NCBI GenBank assembly: GCA_016934975.1 | Contig: JAFGRV010000293.1 | Span: 1 to 21,797 of the forward strand | DNA length: 21,797 nt | Reading direction: 5' to 3' | Origin: Spirochaetales bacterium | GTDB lineage: Bacteria; Spirochaetota; Spirochaetia; SZUA-6; JAFGRV01 | Shown: positions 16,063-21,797 of the stretch, piece after piece | Layout: every line of letters begins with the position of its first letter | Numbering within the stretch: position 1 is the first letter of the stretch | Program-made: the position numbers and the translations under genes | Notes under the pieces: model-generated | Told to the model about the DNA's origin: nothing | The model's database searches: none | What the model saw: the letters and a program-made list of their open reading frames with translations, nothing else

Positions 16063-17340
16063 ATGTTTCTAGAAAATTTGGATTGGCCATTATTAATTTC
16101 ACTTGTATTTTTAGGCGTTATAAGCATTATTGTCTATTTTAAAGTTAATCTTAAAATTTGTGACCCGAACGAAATCCTGATTTTTTCCGGGAAAAAGAGA
16201 ACATTAAAATCAGGGAAAGTCGTCGGTTACCGTGTCATACGAGGCGGCTGGGGCTTGCGTTCCCCACTCCTGGAACGCGTATCAAAACTCTCCCTTTCAA
16301 CGATTTCTATCCCCATTACCATAGAACGGGCACTGAGCGAGGGTATGATCCCGTTAACGATCAGCGCGATCGCTCATGTTAAAATAGCATCGGAGGAAGG
16401 AAAGGGATTAGAGAACGCCATCGAGAAACTGCTGCGGAAACCGGAAACGGAAATCGTCTCCATAGCAAAATCTACCTTAGACGGTATCCTGAGGGGTGTT
16501 CTTTCACAATACACACCGGAAGATGCCAACTATAAACGAATCAAACTTGAGCAGACCGTGGAAGAAAAAGCAAAAGAAGAGCTTACAATCCTCGGATTTA
16601 CCCTTGATTCTTTAAAAATAGAGGATCTTAAAGACAGCCAGGGATATCTCGAAGCAGTGGGAAGGCAGAGAAATGCCATTGTCCAGAGAGATGCCAGAAT
16701 CATCGAGGCAGAATCGGAAGCAGAAGCAATTATTGTGGAATCGGAATCCAAAAAAAAGGCTTCCAATGTGGAATTTGCCACAAAACTTGCCATAGAGGAA
16801 TATGATACAAACTTCAGAAATAAAAAAGCATTGCTGAATGAGAAAACTAACAAACTGGAGATTCAGGCTTCCTTTGCCCGGAGCATCGAAGAGTTGAACC
16901 AGAAAAATACCTATTATTCGCTTCATGCGGTCGTAAACAAGAAAAAATATGAAGCCGAGATGATCATACCCGCCCATGCGGAAAAAGAAGCGGCCCAGCT
17001 GAAAGCTGCCGGAGCGGCATCATACTTCAAGGAACAGGGACTGGCCATGGCGGATGCAGTAAGGGAAATGAGGGCAGAGTGGAACAATGGGGAAAACAAA
17101 GAACTCTTTATGCTCCATATCCTTCCGAATATTGTGGATAATGTCTCCCGGGTTCTTAAGGATAATCTGAAAATCGAAAAACTTGTTGTCATGGGAAATG
17201 GCGGTATCCCGAATCACGTTAACGATGTCACCACCAGTGTCATCTCCTTCCTGGAAAATATAAAAACCGTAACAGGAGTTGATTTAACCCAGATTCTTTC
17301 CAAACCAACCCAGGGGACAGTCAGAAAAGAATTGAAATAA
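16063..17340 (+). CDS. Flotillin-like SPFH/band-7 membrane scaffold protein (FloT/YuaG-like)
   Basis: N-terminal TM (LLISLVFLGVISIIVYF). SPFH core ILIFSGKKR...VIRGGWGL...LSLSTISIPI. A long Glu/Ala/Lys-rich coiled-coil with EAESEAEAI flotillin repeats. It is collinear with B. subtilis FloT through the SPFH region. AGGAGG SD. Confidence 0.88.
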   Translation: MFLENLDWPLLISLVFLGVISIIVYFKVNLKICDPNEILIFSGKKRTLKSGKVVGYRVIRGGWGLRSPLLERVSKLSLSTISIPITIERALSEGMIPLTISAIAHVKIASEEGKGLENAIEKLLRKPETEIVSIAKSTLDGILRGVLSQYTPEDANYKRIKLEQTVEEKAKEELTILGFTLDSLKIEDLKDSQGYLEAVGRQRNAIVQRDARIIEAESEAEAIIVESESKKKASNVEFATKLAIEEYDTNFRNKKALLNEKTNKLEIQASFARSIEELNQKNTYYSLHAVVNKKKYEAEMIIPAHAEKEAAQLKAAGAASYFKEQGLAMADAVREMRAEWNNGENKELFMLHILPNIVDNVSRVLKDNLKIEKLVVMGNGGIPNHVNDVTTSVISFLENIKTVTGVDLTQILSKPTQGTVRKELK

Positions 17341-17361
17341 GAAAAGAAAGGATAAACCCGA

Positions 17362-18825
17362 ATGGATACGATATTTGATCCTATTTATACAATATCTCAG
17401 GATACGAAGAAAATAACAAACTTGAACATTCTTGAACTCATTAAAGAGTATAAGATTGAATTTATAGATTTGAAATTTACCGATATGTTCGGCAGGACCC
17501 ATCATTACACACAAACAGCGGATAAAGCGGATGAAGAGCTTTTCAAAGTGGGAACAGGTTTTGACGGGTCATCTATCCGGGGATATCAATCGATCAATCA
17601 AAGCGACATGCTCATGAGACCGGACCCGACCACGGGTTTTATCGATCCCTTTTTTGATCACCGGACTATGAGTTTCTTTTGTGATATCATCGATCCGGTA
17701 AAACGGGTCAGATATTCCAAAGATCCACGGTATGTTGCATATAAAACTCTGGACTATCTTAATACGACGGGCATAGCGGATACTGCCTATTTTGGGCCTG
17801 AACCGGAATTCTTCATTTTTGATAAAGTAAAATATGAACAGACCTACAACCGGGCCATGTATGAAATAGACTCATCGGAAGCATACTGGAACAGCGGACA
17901 AACAGGGGACAATCTCGGCTATAAAATCGGCTATAAACAGGGCTATTTCCCCACGGCCCCCCATGACCAGCTTCATAACTTGCGCTCAAAAATGGTGGAA
18001 GTCCTGCGGAATTGCGGAGTAAATGCGAATCTTCATCATCATGAAGTTGCAACAGCCGGCCAGACAGAAATAGGTCTGGACATCGAAGAACTTGTACGGC
18101 AGGCTGATACGCTCATCATGTATAAATATATCATAAAAAATGTCGCCAACAGGTTTAATAAAACAGTGACCTTCATGCCGAAACCGATTTTCATGGATAA
18201 CGGATCGGGTATGCATACTCATATAAGTCTGTGGAAAGAGGGAAAAAATACATTCTATGAATTTAACAGGTATGCGGATCTGAGCGATACCGCAGTTCAC
18301 TTTATCGGCGGACTTTTTAAACACATCAACTCGGTCCTCGCTTTTGCAGCCCCCACAACCAATTCATACAGAAGACTCGTCCCGGGGTATGAAGCACCCA
18401 TCAACCTTGTCTATTCTGCCCGCAACAGATCTGCTTCCGTGAGAATTCCAATGTATAGTTCCGCCGAAAAAGCAAAACGAGTCGAATTCCGGTGCCCTGA
18501 TCCGACCTGCAATCCGTACCTGGCATTCAGCGCCATGATTATGGCAGGTATCGACGGGATTATCAACAAAATTGAACCGCCGCCCCCCATGGATGAAGAT
18601 ATCTATGAACTTTCACCCGCGGAAAAGAAAAAAATTCAATCCACACCAGGCAGCTTAAAAGAGTCAATAGACGGCCTTGAAAAGGATTATGAATTTTTAC
18701 TCAAAGGAAATGTTTTTTCAAAAGACCTTATTAATAGTTATATCGAACACAAGAGAGTGAGTGAAATCGATCAGGTTGCATTACGGCCTCATCCGTGGGA
18801 ATTCTCACTTTATTACGAAATATAA
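17362..18825 (+). CDS. glnA: Glutamine synthetase type I
   Basis: 487 aa, collinear with GSI throughout: FDGSSI, GPEPEFF, HHHEVA.GQ.E, KP..G.NGSGMH.H.SL, NSYKRLVPGYEAP, SARNRSASIRIP. Residues around the adenylylation site (NLYDLPPEE in E. coli) read DIYELSPAE. Confidence 0.97.
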   Translation: MDTIFDPIYTISQDTKKITNLNILELIKEYKIEFIDLKFTDMFGRTHHYTQTADKADEELFKVGTGFDGSSIRGYQSINQSDMLMRPDPTTGFIDPFFDHRTMSFFCDIIDPVKRVRYSKDPRYVAYKTLDYLNTTGIADTAYFGPEPEFFIFDKVKYEQTYNRAMYEIDSSEAYWNSGQTGDNLGYKIGYKQGYFPTAPHDQLHNLRSKMVEVLRNCGVNANLHHHEVATAGQTEIGLDIEELVRQADTLIMYKYIIKNVANRFNKTVTFMPKPIFMDNGSGMHTHISLWKEGKNTFYEFNRYADLSDTAVHFIGGLFKHINSVLAFAAPTTNSYRRLVPGYEAPINLVYSARNRSASVRIPMYSSAEKAKRVEFRCPDPTCNPYLAFSAMIMAGIDGIINKIEPPPPMDEDIYELSPAEKKKIQSTPGSLKESIDGLEKDYEFLLKGNVFSKDLINSYIEHKRVSEIDQVALRPHPWEFSLYYEI

Positions 18826-18839
18826 AATCAAGGAGGAAG

Positions 18840-20306
18840 ATGATGAAATTATATAAGCTGTTCATGTTATTACTCGTACTATTATTTTTAACCGGAGGAC
18901 TCGTCTGTGCAGATGAAGGCATAGCTGTAAAAGAAGATACGACAGAAAGCACCGGCAGTGATCAACAATCAAATAACGAACAACTGCTTTTGACAATGAT
19001 AGGGAATAATAAAGTCATTGCCGATACATTATGGGTGCTTCTCGCGGCAATGCTTGTATTTTTTATGAACTTAGGTTTTGGAATGGTTGAGACAGGACTT
19101 CAACAGGCAAAGAACGCGGTAAACGTAAGTGCGAAAAATTTTGTCGTTTTTTCCATAGCGGCCCTGGGGTTCTGGTTTATCGGCTGGGGACTCATGTATG
19201 GCGACGGCAATGGCTTTTTAGGGATAGAAGGTCTCTTCATGCTCAAAGGTGCGGATAACAGTCCCGCGACAAACGAGGCATACTCCGGGGTCTATTCTGC
19301 CTTGAGCTGGACAGGAGTTCCACTCTTAGCTAAATTCTTCTTCCAGCTCGTATTCGCGGGAACAGCCGCGACAATTGTATCAGGTTCAGTCGGGGGAAGG
19401 ATAAAATTTACCGCATTTATCATTTTTTCTTTGGTCCTGGCAGGTATTTTATATCCCATAACCGGGCACTGGATTTGGGGCGGCGGCTGGTTGGCCCAGC
19501 GAGGATTTTTTGATTTCGCAGGTTCCACAGTGGTTCACTCTGTGGGAGGATGGGCGGCCCTCGCCGGGGCTTTAGTCCTCGGTCCCCGGATCGGAAAATA
19601 TAACAAAGACAAGAGTGTTAATCCTATTCCGGGGCACAGCCTGACACTTGCGACCCTCGGAGTTTTTGTACTCTGGCTCGGATGGTTCGGCTTTAACCCC
19701 GGTTCTACCATGGCCGCGGATCCGGTCTCTATCAGCCATATCTGCATTACAACAAATATGGCGGCGGTAGCAGGTACACTCGCCGCAACGGTAACATCCT
19801 GGATTTTACTCGGGAAACCGGATCTCTCCATGATTTTAAACGGAAGCCTCGCGGGGTTGGTAGCGATTACAGCGGGATGTGCTTTTGTAAATATTGAATC
19901 AGCCTTGATCATAGGAGCGATCGCAGGTATATTTGTCGTTGTCTTTGTTATTGCCTTTGATAAATGGGGTATTGATGATCCCGTGGGAGCGACATCAGTC
20001 CACCTTATTAACGGTATATGGGGAACCCTCGCAGTCGGATTATTTGCCAGTGCACCCTTTGCAGGGGGTGAAGGCCAACCTGCCCTGGGATTATTCTTCG
20101 GCGGCGGCATCGGTCTTTTAGCAAACCAGGTTGTCGGGATTGTCACGGTAGGAGTATTCACTTTTGCCATAAGCTGGATTCTCTGGGTAGTTTTAAAATC
20201 AACAATCGGTATCAGGGTTCACAGGCAGGAGGAATTACGGGGACTCGATATTTCCGAACATGGCATGGAAGCATACCCGGATTTTCAGTCCTTTACGTTA
20301 AAATAG
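18840..20306 (+). CDS. amtB: Ammonium transporter (Amt family)
   Basis: Start chosen at the ATGATG 4 nt after AGGAGG (18831-18836), not the in-frame upstream extension that overlaps glnA. It has a signal peptide and an acidic spacer. Multiple TM segments carry Amt signatures: GFGMVETGL, DFAGSTVVHSVGGWAALAGALVLGPRIGKY, GWFGFNPGS. Confidence 0.93.
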   Translation: MMKLYKLFMLLLVLLFLTGGLVCADEGIAVKEDTTESTGSDQQSNNEQLLLTMIGNNKVIADTLWVLLAAMLVFFMNLGFGMVETGLQQAKNAVNVSAKNFVVFSIAALGFWFIGWGLMYGDGNGFLGIEGLFMLKGADNSPATNEAYSGVYSALSWTGVPLLAKFFFQLVFAGTAATIVSGSVGGRIKFTAFIIFSLVLAGILYPITGHWIWGGGWLAQRGFFDFAGSTVVHSVGGWAALAGALVLGPRIGKYNKDKSVNPIPGHSLTLATLGVFVLWLGWFGFNPGSTMAADPVSISHICITTNMAAVAGTLAATVTSWILLGKPDLSMILNGSLAGLVAITAGCAFVNIESALIIGAIAGIFVVVFVIAFDKWGIDDPVGATSVHLINGIWGTLAVGLFASAPFAGGEGQPALGLFFGGGIGLLANQVVGIVTVGVFTFAISWILWVVLKSTIGIRVHRQEELRGLDISEHGMEAYPDFQSFTLK

Positions 20307-20396
20307 GTTGTGCTGTCAATTCATTCATAACCCGATTGAAGGAGTAATGAATCATTAAAGAACAGACCTCCGGAGGAATTTGATTTTTTGTTTGTA

Positions 20397-20438
20397 AACA
20401 GCTGTACCATTCCATGGGGACAGCTGTTTTAATGTTTT
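20397..20438 (+). terminator. Rho-independent terminator after amtB
   Basis: 9-bp perfect stem AACAGCTGT/ACAGCTGTT with a 14-nt loop (itself containing CCATGG), followed by TTAATGTTTT. Confidence 0.6.
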
Positions 20439-20514
20439 ACAGAGAGATGCAGGAGTGCACCGGTTTTCTCGTCGTAAGCCATGAGGGTACCGGTAATGAG
20501 GAAAAGGGAGTAAT

Positions 20515-21797
20515 ATGGAAGAAAAAATAATTGATCGACGTTTTGAGGATATAATCCGAAAACTAAGAACCGGGGAAATCTCCTGCGAAAGCCTATTGGC
20601 GGAAACATTACAACAGATCGAAACCTTTGATCCGATTCTTCATGCTTATATCGCCCTGGAGAAAAAAGAGATATTAATAAAACAGGCCGAACAAAGCACC
20701 AGACGCTGGCAGACCCAGACGCAGAAGAGTCTGATCGACGGAATTCCTGTTGCCATAAAAGATAATATGCATGTCACCGGGATGAACACTACCTGCGGTT
20801 CGAAAATCCTCTATAATTATTCACCCCCCTTTGATGCGACGGTTGTTTCATTAATAAAAGACCAGGGGGGAATCATTATCGGAAAAACAAACATGGATGA
20901 GTTTGCCATGGGATCAACAACTGAATTTTCCCAGATAATGAAAACAAAGAATCCCTGGAATATAAATAAAGTTCCCGGTGGATCATCCGGTGGTTCCGCG
21001 GCGGCCATCGCCGCGAGAATGGGTGTTCTGGCCCTGGGGAGCGACACCGGGGGTTCTATCCGGCAGCCCGCGGCATTCTGCGGCATCACAGGATTAAAGC
21101 CTACCTATGGGCTCGTGTCCCGGTACGGTTTAGTCGCGTATGCATCTTCCCTGGATCAGGTAGGTCCGATGTCCGGGGATATATACGGGAATGCGGTGTT
21201 ACTCGATATAATCGCCGGCTACGATCCCAAAGATTCGACCTCGTTAATGTCAACGAAAAAGGAATATGTAAAAGGGTTGGGCACGGAAATAAAAGGAATG
21301 CGGATTGCCGTATTCCCGGAATTGTTCAAAGACGGCATTTCCGACGGAGTAAAAATTGAATTTGACCAAGCCCTCCGGCTGCTCCGGTCTTTAGGTGCAA
21401 TCATCGAAGAAGTATCTTTTGACGCGATAAACTATATAATTCCCGCTTATTATTTTATAGCCACGGCAGAAGCAAGCTCCAACCTGTCACGGTATGACGG
21501 GGTTAAATACGGTTACCGTAGTAAAAAACAGCTGGATTATGAAGAAATGCTTTTCGCAACACGGTCCGAAGGCTTTGGGAAAGAAGTAAAAAAAAGAATA
21601 CTTCTGGGAAATTTCATCCTCTCATCAGGATACTACGATGAATATTACATAAAGGCCCAGAAAGTAAGACGCCATATCATGGATGAAATGAAAAAAATCT
21701 TTTCCCGGTTCGATCTCATCGCCACACCCACGACCCCCGATATTGCCTATGATTTTGGTGAAAGCACCTATGATCCCTTGAAAATTTATTTGGCTGA
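20515..21797 (+). CDS. gatA: Glutamyl-tRNA(Gln) amidotransferase subunit A (amidase family); 3'-truncated by the window edge
   Basis: ATG after AAAGGGAG. Amidase signature GGSSGGSAAAIAA...GSDTGGSIRQPAAFCG. It is collinear with B. subtilis GatA (IKDNM.V.GM.TTCGSKIL, TNMDEFAMGS, KPTYG.VSRYGLVA.ASSLDQ.GP). It is open to the end of the window. Confidence 0.93.
   Translation, partial: MEEKIIDRRFEDIIRKLRTGEISCESLLAETLQQIETFDPILHAYIALEKKEILIKQAEQSTRRWQTQTQKSLIDGIPVAIKDNMHVTGMNTTCGSKILYNYSPPFDATVVSLIKDQGGIIIGKTNMDEFAMGSTTEFSQIMKTKNPWNINKVPGGSSGGSAAAIAARMGVLALGSDTGGSIRQPAAFCGITGLKPTYGLVSRYGLVAYASSLDQVGPMSGDIYGNAVLLDIIAGYDPKDSTSLMSTKKEYVKGLGTEIKGMRIAVFPELFKDGISDGVKIEFDQALRLLRSLGAIIEEVSFDAINYIIPAYYFIATAEASSNLSRYDGVKYGYRSKKQLDYEEMLFATRSEGFGKEVKKRILLGNFILSSGYYDEYYIKAQKVRRHIMDEMKKIFSRFDLIATPTTPDIAYDFGESTYDPLKIYLA

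Noticed and set aside
18795-18839. Upstream in-frame extension of amtB that overlaps the end of glnA
   Set aside because: A strong AGGAGG SD sits immediately before the ATGATG at 18840, and the protein from there begins with a typical signal peptide.
20366-20390. CCTCCGGAGG palindrome followed by a T-run, as a second terminator after amtB
   Set aside because: The stem is only 4 bp with a 2-nt loop. The stronger 9-bp hairpin 30 nt downstream is the more credible terminator.
1-21797. CRISPR arrays, tRNA/rRNA genes, transposases, integrases and terminal inverted repeats
   Set aside because: No regularly spaced direct repeats, no tRNA T-loop/acceptor signatures, and no DDE or tyrosine-recombinase motifs appear in any frame. 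The window looks chromosomal rather than mobile.

Overview
The sequence looks like a low-GC bacterial chromosomal segment dominated by nitrogen assimilation genes. On the minus strand is gltB-gltD (glutamate synthase large and small subunits). A tandem calcineurin-like phosphoesterase gene and an HD phosphohydrolase gene follow gltD with only an 11-nt gap, so they are probably co-transcribed with it. A 445-bp AT-rich control region separates this from the divergent plus-strand operon glnB(PII)-flotillin-glnA-amtB. That operon has a clear sigma-54 -24/-12 promoter and an NtrC-type GCAC-N7-GTGC enhancer upstream. It ends in a hairpin terminator and is followed by a 5'-partial gatA. The left third of the window is accessory-looking. 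It holds a zinc-ribbon NUDIX hydrolase and a translationally coupled three-gene sensory operon: a family-5 solute-binding lipoprotein carrying a C-terminal Cache-like domain, a HAMP-GAF-HisKA_2 histidine kinase, and a receiver protein with a Cys-rich non-DNA-binding C-terminal domain. It also holds a secreted dockerin-repeat/chagasin-like (I42) protease-inhibitor fusion and an AT-rich island with an orphan 83-aa ORF. I found no CRISPR array, tRNA or rRNA gene, transposase or integrase. Coding-region calls rest on motifs I read directly from the provided translations. No database search was run, so family assignments other than the textbook ones (GltB, GltD, GlnA, AmtB, PII, GatA) are motif-level only.
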